A stretch of 64,000 nucleotides of DNA from an uncultured archaeon. GTDB lineage: Archaea > Aenigmatarchaeota > Aenigmatarchaeia > PWEA01 > JAGHBM01. Position 1 is the stretch's first letter, and every line of letters starts with the position of its first letter. The notes under the pieces are model-generated. The model was not told the DNA's origin. It did not search any database and saw only the letters and a program-made list of their open reading frames with translations. The DNA lies in contig CAZOZN010000002.1 of the NCBI GenBank assembly GCA_964584335.1, positions 34,974 through 98,973 of the forward strand, written 5' to 3'. Both the position numbers and the translations under genes were made by a program. Of the stretch, positions 39,901 to 49,062 are shown piece after piece.

Positions 39901-42900
39901 AATTCTCCATCATTATAACAACTAAATATCACAGAGTAAACAAAGTCATTTGTATTATTGGATTTGTGCTCTCCGGTGAGCATATACTTCGTAGATGAAT
40001 TTGCAGTAACGTTCTGATAGAATGTCCCGTTAGCATTCATCAATATAACATTGGTATCAGAAAATTGCATTACTACATATCCTGAACCGCTTTCTCCTGA
40101 ATTCTCCCAATCGGAAAGTAATACTTCTTCTCTAACAGGTATTTCTATTGATATGTTCTCGTTTCCTGAATATGTATATTCCACATCTTCAGTTGTTAAA
40201 TTAAGGAAATACTCATCCAAATCCAAGGCATTTGAAAATGTCTTTTCCTCCACCAGGGTATAGTTTCCTATTGGATTGCTTTGGTTAAACCAAGCGTGAT
40301 TATCAACATAGAAATTAACTGAACTGTTGACAGTGTTGTCTACACTGTCTTTTGCAATATAATTCAACAAATACTCTCCATCTTCAAGGCCAGAAACATT
40401 TACGTAAGTTGTCCAATTAACATCGTTACCATAACCGACTGAAGTATTGGTTCCGCTAACATTTGTGTTGGTAACTGTATAAGTTACATTAGTATAATCC
40501 TGTATATTTGTGGTTACGTTAAACCCTTCCCTGAAGTAAGAACCGTTAACCTCTCCTAATATATCAGCTGTTATGTTCGGTGGTGTCTTATCTAGGGTGA
40601 AGTTTCTGGTATAAGTACTGTAATGATTGAAATTATCCCAACTTTCAACAGTTATAGAATAATTTCCTTCAGTGTAATTTTCATTAAACCAAGAGAATTC
40701 TGAATTTTCATATGAGTAGAAAACAAGGTCTCCTGTTTGTATTATATTTGTTGCGTTTGATATGGTTACATTTGCTCCTCCGACACCGCCCGGATAGTCT
40801 GTTATATTAAACAAAAATACATCATTAAAACCAAACTTGCCCTGTCTTTTTGTATAGTTTCTTTCAGTCGGGTGGATAACATTTATTACAGGAGGTGAAA
40901 AGTCTATGCTGAAAACTACTTGCGTGTTTTGGTCTCTGTTCTGTTCTCTTCCGTCAGAATCTTTACAAGCTATATGAAATGTATACTGATTATCAATTGT
41001 AAGATTTGGTATCTGACATGTAAGATTTTCTCCCCATTCACCAGAAGCATTGCACTTACTGTCTCCCCAAGTTACCATGTCTATAAACTTTCTATCATAC
41101 TCAGAATAATAACAAGTTATGTTTCTGTTTCCGTGAACAGTTATGTTTGTCAGACTATTGTTTACATCGTCAAGCCATCCGTCGTACATGTAAGTATCGT
41201 TTTCAACTGACATTACTGTCGCTGTTGGTGCTATCTGATTATAGTAAGTTGTAGGACCGCTGGATGTTATATTACTTACTAAACCTCCATCATCTATAGC
41301 CCTGACGCTAAAGTAGTAAGTTCCTTTGTTTGTTAGGTTAAACTCCCTTGAAACATTTCTATCAAGTCCGTTGTTTATCCATCCATCCGAGGTGATGTTC
41401 CAGCCAGAGTCTGGATACTTTGAAATACCAACTGCATATTCATAATAATCTATGTTGTATCCTTCTGAAGCAGTGCTTTCTGTCCAGCTAGCATTCAACA
41501 CTTCAGTATTGTGAACTTCTCTGGGTGTCGTTATTTCAACTGGTGTGGGACGGTCTGAAGGTTCTTGTGTCTCAAGATATTTTATTGAGGGGCTCGTCCC
41601 AATAAGACTCCAATCCGACCAAGAATACTTTTTATACCTTACATTGAAATAGTATGTCTCGTCATCAACCAAATCAAGCTCATCTGTGGTTAAGTTACCG
41701 TTATTTATCTCTTCTTGTGTTGCAGTAACCCAACCGTCTGTAACAGAATACCAATACTGGTTGGGGTAAGGTTCGTCGCCGACAGTATACTCCAAAGAAC
41801 TAACAGAAGTCGGGTCACCTGTGCTTATGTTCCATGACATAAACAATTCGGTGTCGTGTACTATGCTGCTTTCTATATAGACATCAGGTGCAGGCTGAGT
41901 TATGTTCCCAACTGTAATCTCCTTTGCTTCAGAACCGAAGTTTCCAGATTTGTCTGTTATTGAAAATGTTAAGTTAGAATCCCCCATATCCATTAAAGTC
42001 TCTACAAAACAATATGTTTTATCTTGTATATCCAAGGAAGTTAAGAAATATTTAACACTATTATTATATTTTTCTTTCAAGAAAATTTCGCTACCGTCGG
42101 AAAGAGTATAAGAATCCCCCTCCCCCATGAGGTCGGTAGTATCTGTAGAGTTATCGTAATGAACCTGGAAAACTACCCAGTCCTCTACCGAGTATGGGAC
42201 AACCTCATAAATCTTACCCCCTGATAAAATATTCTCGCTTTCCAGGTAATCTGTCACAGCTCTTTCATCGAAACAGCTTATATTTTCGTCGTAATAATAA
42301 TTCTTGTTGTATGTTCCATTGGAAATATTCAACAATAAAGTACTCATGTTTAATCCGTAATCATCTGAAATATTGAAGTCAAGAACAATTTCCTCTGTAA
42401 TAGTCCCGTTTGGTATCATGTACAAATCAAAAACCGGAGTATGGTTATCAAAGTATACATTATCCTCAAAGGTTGCTCCAGAGCCAACTGAATTTTTACC
42501 TCTCACCCTAAGAGTGTTCTCACCTTCCCACAAGTTTAAGGAAAGATTGAACCATCCGTTAGGGTAGCTGTTATTGTAAGAATGAACAACTATCCCGACA
42601 GTAACATTTTCCTCAAGATTTGGTGATATATAAACCTTGTAATAATCATACAAAACTCCCTCTATCTTAACTTTTCCCGTTATGTTATAATACTCAAAGT
42701 ATGTCCTGTTTTGGTTCTCTATCCTCAGATAAGTTGAACTGTTAAAGCTTTTGTGTGATGTGGAATTTATTTTGATGTAGTTGCTTCCCTCAGTAATATT
42801 TTCAACTATAACATTATCTCCGAGTTTTATTGTTCTCTCAAATTGTGTAGTTACATTTGTATGTGGTGTGTTTTCATTGTCCAGGGCCTGGCCAGTTACA

Positions 42901-45900
42901 TTCAAGACAGTATTGTCGTTTATATAACCAATTATGTTTAATATGCTTTCGTTGACCGAATCCGGTAGAGGCCATATTATTGGTATGTTTGATATGCTTC
43001 TGATTGTTACATTGCTCGAATTTACATATTTATCATCATAAAGACCATGAACATCTCCTAACTTAACTGAACACGATACCTCGTCGTCCAAAACGAAAGG
43101 ATAGTCTAATACTTGACCGTTCTCGCCCGGTACCTCGACACCATTTATATGCCACTTGAACAATGCCAATGAAGCATTTTCATTGTTTGAAATGCAAACA
43201 TCAGATGAGTTCGCGGCACCGGTACCAGAAAAGTTATATTCATATGTACAGTTCAAATCTGACTTGGTGTTAGGATAACCGGGGCTTACCGCAACATTCT
43301 GTGCAGTAGGTCTGTGGTTAACATAAAAAACACTACTGTAAACAGAAGAACAGTCTAATTCATAACAAATTTTAGAGTAATAAGTTTGATTAGTGTCATC
43401 AGATTTTACAGCGGTATAATTTGCAAAAAAAGGATCTGACATAACTTCCCCGCCGACCGGAGACTGATAGTATGTCTTTCCTGTACAGCCACCAAGATCT
43501 ATTTCAGGAGAATCGCAGATGTAAAGAAACATATCCTCTTCACCCGTACTGTTAATCATTTCCCAATCCAAAACAAAACTTAACTCTTCTCCAACATTAA
43601 CAGGATTTGTTGGCTCGTTTGAATCCATATCTACTATGAATGGTGTGCTGTCATTTGCAGCAACTACTACAAAGGATATTGAGCTGTTCTTTTTATTTGC
43701 CAAACTATATTGGTCAGTTGCCATGTATTCGCATATCCATTGTTGGCCGATGTTTGTCCTGCTCGGATTTATATGATCTGCCGGTCCGTAATATTCCCAG
43801 ACTGCAAGAGATTCATTTCTATAATACCAAAATGTTTGGTTGTTTGTTATGTCATGTCCGTCTGGGTCATGGGCACTGTAACTGCATGTTATTGTCTGGT
43901 TGTTTAAAGGGTAAGAGGGGCTAATGTTTACCCAGTCAATTATGGGTTTTCTGTTTACGTAAAATGTGTTTGACCTAATATTTGAACAGGCTCCCTCGTC
44001 ATCACATACCTTTATCTTGTAATCGTTTTCCCATTCTTCATTGGATGATGCAGTAAAAGAACAGCTTACTGGATTGGATGAAGTAGAGGTTGTGTTGCAG
44101 TAAGTTTTTCCGTCGCAAACCCCACCCTCAAGATAATTTATCTTTATATCAGGGTCGTAGTATGTGGTATTTGATGAGACTCCTATCTCCATGGCTTCAT
44201 AATCTCCCGAAGTGCTGTTGGCGTGAATAAAAACACCTTCCCCGCCATTATCACATTCTTCGTCATTGTCATTATCCAAGCAAATCTTGAAACCTATATA
44301 TTTGTCTGGATAAGCCGCAGCACTGTACTCTAACTTAAATGTGTTGTACTCGTTCATGGTCAATGATACATCGTTTACCTTGCCAATCAAGAAGTTCGTG
44401 TCCGTAGTCAACTTCTCATCAACTTCGTAAGCATAAATATCGTATGTATGGTTAGTTCTATTTCCAGAACCCTCCCAATCGAAAGGCCTTATTGAAATAG
44501 TATCGGCTGTCATGCCCGTTCTGTTGGTGTAAAACCAAACGCTTGTAGTATTTCCAAAAGATATATTATCCAAGCCGTCACTGTATTGTTCTTCGTCGCT
44601 CATGAAGTTCTCGCATACGTACATGTTTATCTGGCTATCATCCTCGTCTATCCAGGAAGCAAAGAAGTTTATTGTATCTCCTATCTCAACCGAGTACTCG
44701 CTGGAGTTTGCGTCGTTCCAATCATTGGCAAGACCTGGATTTGCGTTCATTTGAACTGTATATATTGTGGAATTTCTATACTCTGAATCAAAAAGATGGT
44801 TAACAAAAACAGGCCAAGTATAATCTATATCCTTTACCATGACCGAACATTTTATTTTATCATCCTTACTAAACCAAGTCTGCTCATCTGTGTTCACCAA
44901 AGTTCTACCATTTTGTCCTTCAAGAGGGACCCAGTTGTTTAAACCATCTATATTCTTGTACCAAAAGAACCTTGCTTCTGTAGTGTTTTCTGTATCACCC
45001 AAATCATTATCAAAGAAAGTGTAATTGCAACTTAGTGTGGTTGAATCGTTGCTTTCTATCTGTTCTACATGAACATTCTGTGCAGTTGGTCTGCTGTTGT
45101 TTATGTAAGTTATCTTGGGGTTGCCCTGTGCATCCTGTGTATAATTAGAAACACCGTATTCCTTGCCATCATATGGTGTCATATAGCATGAATATTTGTC
45201 TCCTTTTTCTATGTTAGTTATTGTAACTATACATTCGTGTGTAGCGCCGTTAGGTTTTTCTACATCTTCCCACTGGCTCTCGTTTATTGGGAAACAGTTT
45301 ACTGTACCGCTCATGTCATTAGAACCTGTCGGATATCTTATACCGGTTATATAATACAAAGCTGAAAAACTAAAATCGCAGAAACCGTAGTTTATGTCAT
45401 GCATAAAGCCTACACATTGTACAGTATCTAATTTTGTTGGGTTTTCTGGGGTTATTACAACACCATCCATTATTGGTTCTGCGTTAGGTTCGGCACAAAC
45501 AGGACCAGTCCACCCAGAGACATCTCCACTAGAACCAACAGCCCTCACGCTGTAACAATATGTTTCACAATCTGTGAGTCCGCTATCCACGTAAAAAGGT
45601 ACTGAAGTATTTACTACAAAACTTCCGTCATCAAGAATTATTGTAAATGTTTCTAAATTATCCCAGCTTCCGTCCCAATTCCAGGACATGTTTAATGAAC
45701 CTCCCTGGTCATTAGGTAAATCAGAAACTTTCAGATTTGAAGGGTCAGGTACGACTATGTTGTTTATTGTTGCACGCCTTGGAGTATCCAAGGTAACGGT
45801 ATCATTACCATCTGTTGCAGTAACATTAAAGTAGTAATTTCCGTCATCTTTTAGCGTGGTGTCATAATCTATTGAAAAAGTATTGCTGGGACCAACTTCA

Positions 45901-46145
45901 TTGTCTTCGCCTATAGATTCCCAACTGCTTCCGTCATTGGATATAAAGAAATAAACAGTAGTAGTGTTTTGATTTCCACTGCCTGTAACTTGAGCCGTAA
46001 TAGTATAAGTCCCAGATATTTCTCCGTTCTCTGAAGGTTGGTTGATTTGTATTCCGCTAAGGTCAGCAATAACAAATATACTGAATAATATCAAAGTTGC
46101 TACCGTTACCAGATAGAACAGTTTATTGTCTAACCCTATAGACAT
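36954..46145 (-). CDS. Giant (3063 aa) cell-surface glycoprotein/adhesin with C-terminal TM and OB-fold-like tail
   Basis: Signal peptide; Ig/FN3-like repeats; many N-x-S/T sites; DxDxD Ca-binding segment; Thr/Gly linker; PGF-pre-PGF-like domain; CGNGICE.GE...CPSDC; TM. Confidence 0.85.
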   Translation of the reverse strand: MSIGLDNKLFYLVTVATLILFSIFVIADLSGIQINQPSENGEISGTYTITAQVTGSGNQNTTTVYFFISNDGSSWESIGEDNEVGPSNTFSIDYDTTLKDDGNYYFNVTATDGNDTVTLDTPRRATINNIVVPDPSNLKVSDLPNDQGGSLNMSWNWDGSWDNLETFTIILDDGSFVVNTSVPFYVDSGLTDCETYCYSVRAVGSSGDVSGWTGPVCAEPNAEPIMDGVVITPENPTKLDTVQCVGFMHDINYGFCDFSFSALYYITGIRYPTGSNDMSGTVNCFPINESQWEDVEKPNGATHECIVTITNIEKGDKYSCYMTPYDGKEYGVSNYTQDAQGNPKITYINNSRPTAQNVHVEQIESNDSTTLSCNYTFFDNDLGDTENTTEARFFWYKNIDGLNNWVPLEGQNGRTLVNTDEQTWFSKDDKIKCSVMVKDIDYTWPVFVNHLFDSEYRNSTIYTVQMNANPGLANDWNDANSSEYSVEIGDTINFFASWIDEDDSQINMYVCENFMSDEEQYSDGLDNISFGNTTSVWFYTNRTGMTADTISIRPFDWEGSGNRTNHTYDIYAYEVDEKLTTDTNFLIGKVNDVSLTMNEYNTFKLEYSAAAYPDKYIGFKICLDNDNDEECDNGGEGVFIHANSTSGDYEAMEIGVSSNTTYYDPDIKINYLEGGVCDGKTYCNTTSTSSNPVSCSFTASSNEEWENDYKIKVCDDEGACSNIRSNTFYVNRKPIIDWVNISPSYPLNNQTITCSYSAHDPDGHDITNNQTFWYYRNESLAVWEYYGPADHINPSRTNIGQQWICEYMATDQYSLANKKNSSISFVVVAANDSTPFIVDMDSNEPTNPVNVGEELSFVLDWEMINSTGEEDMFLYICDSPEIDLGGCTGKTYYQSPVGGEVMSDPFFANYTAVKSDDTNQTYYSKICYELDCSSVYSSVFYVNHRPTAQNVAVSPGYPNTKSDLNCTYEYNFSGTGAANSSDVCISNNENASLALFKWHINGVEVPGENGQVLDYPFVLDDEVSCSVKLGDVHGLYDDKYVNSSNVTIRSISNIPIIWPLPDSVNESILNIIGYINDNTVLNVTGQALDNENTPHTNVTTQFERTIKLGDNVIVENITEGSNYIKINSTSHKSFNSSTYLRIENQNRTYFEYYNITGKVKIEGVLYDYYKVYISPNLEENVTVGIVVHSYNNSYPNGWFNLSLNLWEGENTLRVRGKNSVGSGATFEDNVYFDNHTPVFDLYMIPNGTITEEIVLDFNISDDYGLNMSTLLLNISNGTYNKNYYYDENISCFDERAVTDYLESENILSGGKIYEVVPYSVEDWVVFQVHYDNSTDTTDLMGEGDSYTLSDGSEIFLKEKYNNSVKYFLTSLDIQDKTYCFVETLMDMGDSNLTFSITDKSGNFGSEAKEITVGNITQPAPDVYIESSIVHDTELFMSWNISTGDPTSVSSLEYTVGDEPYPNQYWYSVTDGWVTATQEEINNGNLTTDELDLVDDETYYFNVRYKKYSWSDWSLIGTSPSIKYLETQEPSDRPTPVEITTPREVHNTEVLNASWTESTASEGYNIDYYEYAVGISKYPDSGWNITSDGWINNGLDRNVSREFNLTNKGTYYFSVRAIDDGGLVSNITSSGPTTYYNQIAPTATVMSVENDTYMYDGWLDDVNNSLTNITVHGNRNITCYYSEYDRKFIDMVTWGDSKCNASGEWGENLTCQIPNLTIDNQYTFHIACKDSDGREQNRDQNTQVVFSIDFSPPVINVIHPTERNYTKRQGKFGFNDVFLFNITDYPGGVGGANVTISNATNIIQTGDLVFYSYENSEFSWFNENYTEGNYSITVESWDNFNHYSTYTRNFTLDKTPPNITADILGEVNGSYFREGFNVTTNIQDYTNVTYTVTNTNVSGTNTSVGYGNDVNWTTYVNVSGLEDGEYLLNYIAKDSVDNTVNSSVNFYVDNHAWFNQSNPIGNYTLVEEKTFSNALDLDEYFLNLTTEDVEYTYSGNENISIEIPVREEVLLSDWENSGESGSGYVVMQFSDTNVILMNANGTFYQNVTANSSTKYMLTGEHKSNNTNDFVYSVIFSCYNDGEFIGSEQYEFNSTASWKGLSFNYTTLPQANKIKIELSQKYDSFNQSTNSQWRNFNLYKYYDHGHMVSFTPNDNWVGVEYVTFYANDSFGVIQPSNTIKLNVTEDYCNPPSSGPWVLNQTQTAQCSKADQSLLNNLDYLNITDQTVMNMSSLVLNIPIRFKDNSTGYARNSILHDTLYLTDNSTFIAWNTSLNIVELKGDSTLEVYNSPQTIITLNIDGNQNLRLDNENVGSATFRRTSGEIINSTINSSTFYINGTGEIFNLKEGVNNGYINTTDMNLNFTNVLIGNVSVYSLSDSLLNVNNSYITMFDNEGTVNFYDSYLGTLRLDGNSSSNFTNCSTGVLIPDTDSGETSVIYGNLSVGSKQSISAGKIERHYPFYAYNGEGNLLSDLNVTVQSNYFSTSGGYVEFPVEFNSSNCGDEIIIYTDGLNLINISLDENTPVSLQDWLLDPDGDENPILNDTDDDNDGIVDSSDSLTGDETWIETNTAGINISVNGSYNLNQIFSGTLFTVIHDSYGIVASFYWNYSESTLELQYINITKGKTSNKMEYLVINGLEMQNGLTKTVYLNKTNSSSRVCVYDEDSVSLTVLTSDINCAGGVSLYCPGTSGGYSCSIESNTTLNITGLAHSGVIQMTETTTTTSSTTTTIDGGGGGGTSGGSSGGYTGATSINVSQDRVEINGLSMSKDIMKTVDIEDWNGMVYRIVFYPINTVYNAQVIMEKLDEWHVFEVPRISRDGWKLYHYLKVDTSNINDRVDNIDFYFSVDKDWIRKNNVGTVSLWKYDGGWKELETEEIKEIADKKEYKSNFEGFSHFAIMGKVRETTTSIIQNPIEDDDTVCGNGICEFGEDEEDCPSDCGRSSRNEIDMIWLIPLILVILIIFGIKLYFKKHGRGAPKPVKIKPTPPPDHKLRIGDIVAEPDKYKGKRVKIDGKIVYSEFIPEENRMFYRIKDSTGQISGLCRHAGYEGRGVIKGIVRKKDGKLYIEF

Positions 46146-46347
46146 ATGCCTTACCTACCTCCATTCTTTCAAGTTTGTTTTGATGACGCAGACATTCTAA
46201 ATAGCCTGCAAGAAAATCCCTTCTAACACCCAACCTTTTTGCTAAAGATGACACGGACATCAATCCACTCTTAAGTTGTTTAACTATCTTATTCTCTAGA
46301 TCGCTTGGGATTTCGTCCTTCATTTCACAACCTACTATTGTTATCAT
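46123..46347 (-). CDS. Small winged helix-turn-helix protein
   Basis: MSVSSLAKRLGVRR..LAGYL..L...VGKAYVY; overlaps start of the giant gene. Confidence 0.75.
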   Translation of the reverse strand: MITIVGCEMKDEIPSDLENKIVKQLKSGLMSVSSLAKRLGVRRDFLAGYLECLRHQNKLERMEVGKAYVYRVRQ

Positions 46348-46372
46348 ATTTCTATAATATAAAGTTTACTAT

Positions 46373-46388
46373 GTAACTATATAGTTAC
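46373..46388. promoter_or_regulatory. Perfect 16-bp palindrome GTAACTATATAGTTAC, candidate operator
   Basis: Read directly; immediately upstream of the wHTH gene in an AT-rich repeat tract. Confidence 0.5.
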
Positions 46389-46525
46389 TATATAATTTTA
46401 TTATAGTTTTTATAAAGTTATTATATATTATATATAAAGTTATTATAATAAAACAATATAGAAATAATATAGATAAAATAAAGTAATCAAATAGTTTTAT
46501 TATAGTATCTATAATTATAAGATGA

Positions 46526-46593
46526 GGCCCTCAGCCCGCTTATACTAAACGCACAAAAATATACGTAAATCCATATCGGCTCATCATCGGGCC
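46526..46593 (-). ncRNA. C/D-box-like sRNA containing a putative BHB intron (46540-46570)
   Basis: Minus strand GGCCC-G-ATGATGA...CTGA-GGGCC (box C, box D, terminal stem); TTTATATA box about 25 nt upstream; internal hBHBh'. Confidence 0.7.
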
Positions 46594-46628
46594 ATTTAAT
46601 TAATTGATTTAAAAATTATATAAAAAGG

Positions 46629-46872
46629 TGGTGGACCCACCGGGACTCGAACCCGGGATCTCTACCAACTAAGGCACCGTTTTTCCGTGCACGCTTTTTC
46701 TAAAAGGGTGCTTGCCAAGGTAGCGTCCTTTTGGTATCAAACCAAAAATTGAAAATTTTTGATTTTCATATTTCCATTGTCCAGGCCATTCTTTTTTCAC
46801 AAATTTCGTGTGAGTTTCTTTTCCACGAGTGTTTTTCTTTGCGAAAGAAAAGGCCTCCTAGACTATGGGCCC
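46629..46872 (-). tRNA. tRNA-Ala(GGC) with three introns: 46778-46856 (16/17), about 46730-46770 (D-loop), 46668-46712 (37/38)
   Basis: G3-U70 identity pair; CTACC-TTGGCA^T-GGTAG; BHB TCTA/TGGA with GGCC/GGCC; boundaries of second D-loop intron uncertain. Confidence 0.82.
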
Positions 46873-46903
46873 AACAAAATTATAAAACATTCAAAGAATA
46901 AAT

Positions 46904-47392
46904 TCATTTTGCTCTTTGCCATTCTCCCACTTTCTTCCCGTTTAAAACTTTATCCATCATGACAAGCTCGTCATAAATACCTTCTATTAGCTCGTAATTC
47001 TTGGCTTCTTCCAGACTAACCCAAGCGTGGTCGATTGATTCTTCGTTTAGCACCACTTCCCCAGATTCATGTTCAGCATAAAGGCTTAAAACAACAACCG
47101 GAACATTATCAGGTCTAACAAAAGTAAGGCTTGTCAAATAATTTATGTTCTTTATCTCGAGACCTGTTTCCTCTTTGACTTCCCTTCTCAGAAGGTCCTC
47201 AATAACATTGTACCAGTGAGAAGAAGTATCTTTCTCTCTCTTGCTGTAATCATCAAAATCGAGTTTCCCTCCAGGAACTGTCCACATTCCCGGAAAAGCT
47301 TTTTCCTCAGGAGAACGCCTTGTTATTAGAAACTTACCGTCTTTTATTATTATACCGGTTACAACTACGTAATGTGCATTATTCTTTTTCAT
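46904..47392 (-). CDS. Nudix hydrolase
   Basis: WTVPGGK...LRREVKEETGL. Confidence 0.92.
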   Translation of the reverse strand: MKKNNAHYVVVTGIIIKDGKFLITRRSPEEKAFPGMWTVPGGKLDFDDYSKREKDTSSHWYNVIEDLLRREVKEETGLEIKNINYLTSLTFVRPDNVPVVVLSLYAEHESGEVVLNEESIDHAWVSLEEAKNYELIEGIYDELVMMDKVLNGKKVGEWQRAK

Positions 47393-47460
47393 AATAAGAA
47401 TTGTTTAAAAAAATATAAAAGTTTATATAGAATAGACTTGAAAGATATGTGTGGTGTATT

Positions 47461-49062
47461 ATGGATATTTCTATTTTAGTTGGAGGAGAAGCGGGGGATG
47501 GTATAAAACAATCAGGAGTTATAATTGCCAAAATATTCAATGAACTTGGTTATCATGTTTTTGTTTATGATGATTATCAGTCCCTGGTAAGAGGAGGACA
47601 TAATTTCTCTATAGTAAGAGTTTCTGACGAAAAGATATACAGCCACAATGATAATGTTGACCTTATGGTGGCATTCAACCAAGACACTATAGAAAAGCAC
47701 AAATGGAGAGCAAAGGAAATAATATACGACTCAGATAAAGTAAAGTCAGATGGAATAGGGATACCTGCACATTCTTGGGCAAAAGATAACGGAAGCCCCC
47801 TTCTGAGAAATTCTATATTTATAGGTTCTATATGCAAGTATGCGGGAGTTGATTTAATAACTGCAGAAAAAATAGTAAAAGAATCTTTTCACAAATTTAT
47901 TGACGAAAACCTTAAGGCACTTAAGTTCGGCAACGAAAAAATAGAAAAAAAGTATGACTTCTACAAAATAGGAGAACCCAGAGAAGTTATGACTGGTAAC
48001 GAAGCCATATCACGTGGTGCCGCTGCTGCAGGAATGAAAATATACATAGCTTATCCAATGACCCCTGCATCTTCTATTCTACATTACCTTGCAAAAAAAG
48101 AAGAAGATTTGGGTGTGGTTACCGCTCAGGTAGAAAATGAGATAGGAGTCGCAAACATGGCAGTAGGTTCGTCTTTTGCTGGAGTAAGAACAATGGTGGG
48201 AACCTCCGGAGGAGGTTTTGCCTTGATGGGAGAAACTGTCAGCATGTGCGCTATGAGCGAGACTCCTGTACTTTTTGTAAACAGCCAAAGAGCTGGACCA
48301 AGTACTGGAGTTCCGACATATACAATGCAGGCTGATTTAAATTTTGTGCTTAATATAGGACACGGTGATATGACAAAAATAACTATAGCTCCCGGTGACG
48401 CGGAAGAATCATATCTTTTGGCCGGAAAGCTCATGAACCTTATATGGAAATATCAAGTTCCCGGAGTTCTTCTTGTAGACAAAGAAATAAGTGAAAGTAC
48501 ATTTTCTGTTAAACTTCCAGAAGTAGAAGTAGAAGAAGCCAAGTTATGGAAAGGTAGCGGGGATTATGAAAGATACAAGCTCACAGATGACGGAATATCT
48601 CCGCTTGCATTCCCCGGCGACGTTTCAACAGCAAAAGGAACAAGCTACGAACACGATGAAAAAGGAATTACGGTTGAAGAAGATGTTGAGATGATAAAAA
48701 AGATGCAGGAAAAGAGACTGAAAAAGATGGAAATATTAAAAGAAGATATGAAAAAAGAAGAAACTGTAAAAGTTTATGGTAACAAAAAATCAAAAGTTAC
48801 TCTTTTAACTTGGGGTTCGAGCAAGGGTCCTTGTATAGACGCCGCAAAAGAGCTTGACCTTAAGGTAGTACAGCCTCTTTATTTAGAGCCTATGCCCACA
48901 TGGGAATTGGAAAAACATCTCAAAGGAAGGGTAATAGCAGTGGAAGTAAATGCTACCGGTCAGTTAGCAAACATACTGGGAATAAAAGAAAGATTACTTA
49001 AATATGACGGAAGACCGTTTACCGCAGATGAATTAAAGAAAAGGTTGGAGGAGATTTTATGA
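47461..49062 (+). CDS. korA: 2-oxoacid:ferredoxin oxidoreductase alpha subunit (gamma-alpha fusion)
   Basis: GGEAGDG, RGGHN, AYPMTPAS, TSGGGF, QRAGPSTG.PT. Confidence 0.93.
   Translation: MDISILVGGEAGDGIKQSGVIIAKIFNELGYHVFVYDDYQSLVRGGHNFSIVRVSDEKIYSHNDNVDLMVAFNQDTIEKHKWRAKEIIYDSDKVKSDGIGIPAHSWAKDNGSPLLRNSIFIGSICKYAGVDLITAEKIVKESFHKFIDENLKALKFGNEKIEKKYDFYKIGEPREVMTGNEAISRGAAAAGMKIYIAYPMTPASSILHYLAKKEEDLGVVTAQVENEIGVANMAVGSSFAGVRTMVGTSGGGFALMGETVSMCAMSETPVLFVNSQRAGPSTGVPTYTMQADLNFVLNIGHGDMTKITIAPGDAEESYLLAGKLMNLIWKYQVPGVLLVDKEISESTFSVKLPEVEVEEAKLWKGSGDYERYKLTDDGISPLAFPGDVSTAKGTSYEHDEKGITVEEDVEMIKKMQEKRLKKMEILKEDMKKEETVKVYGNKKSKVTLLTWGSSKGPCIDAAKELDLKVVQPLYLEPMPTWELEKHLKGRVIAVEVNATGQLANILGIKERLLKYDGRPFTADELKKRLEEIL

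Noticed and set aside
46350-46520. AT-rich tract as replication origin
   Set aside because: No ORB-like G-string motifs and no orc1/cdc6 nearby; better explained as a regulatory region
46571-46588. Assignment of a 23S rRNA target to the C/D-like RNA (resembles the antisense of the GAUGUCGGCUC or GCCCAUAUCG region)
   Set aside because: Pairing is imperfect next to box D and the organism's 23S is not in the window, so it cannot be supported
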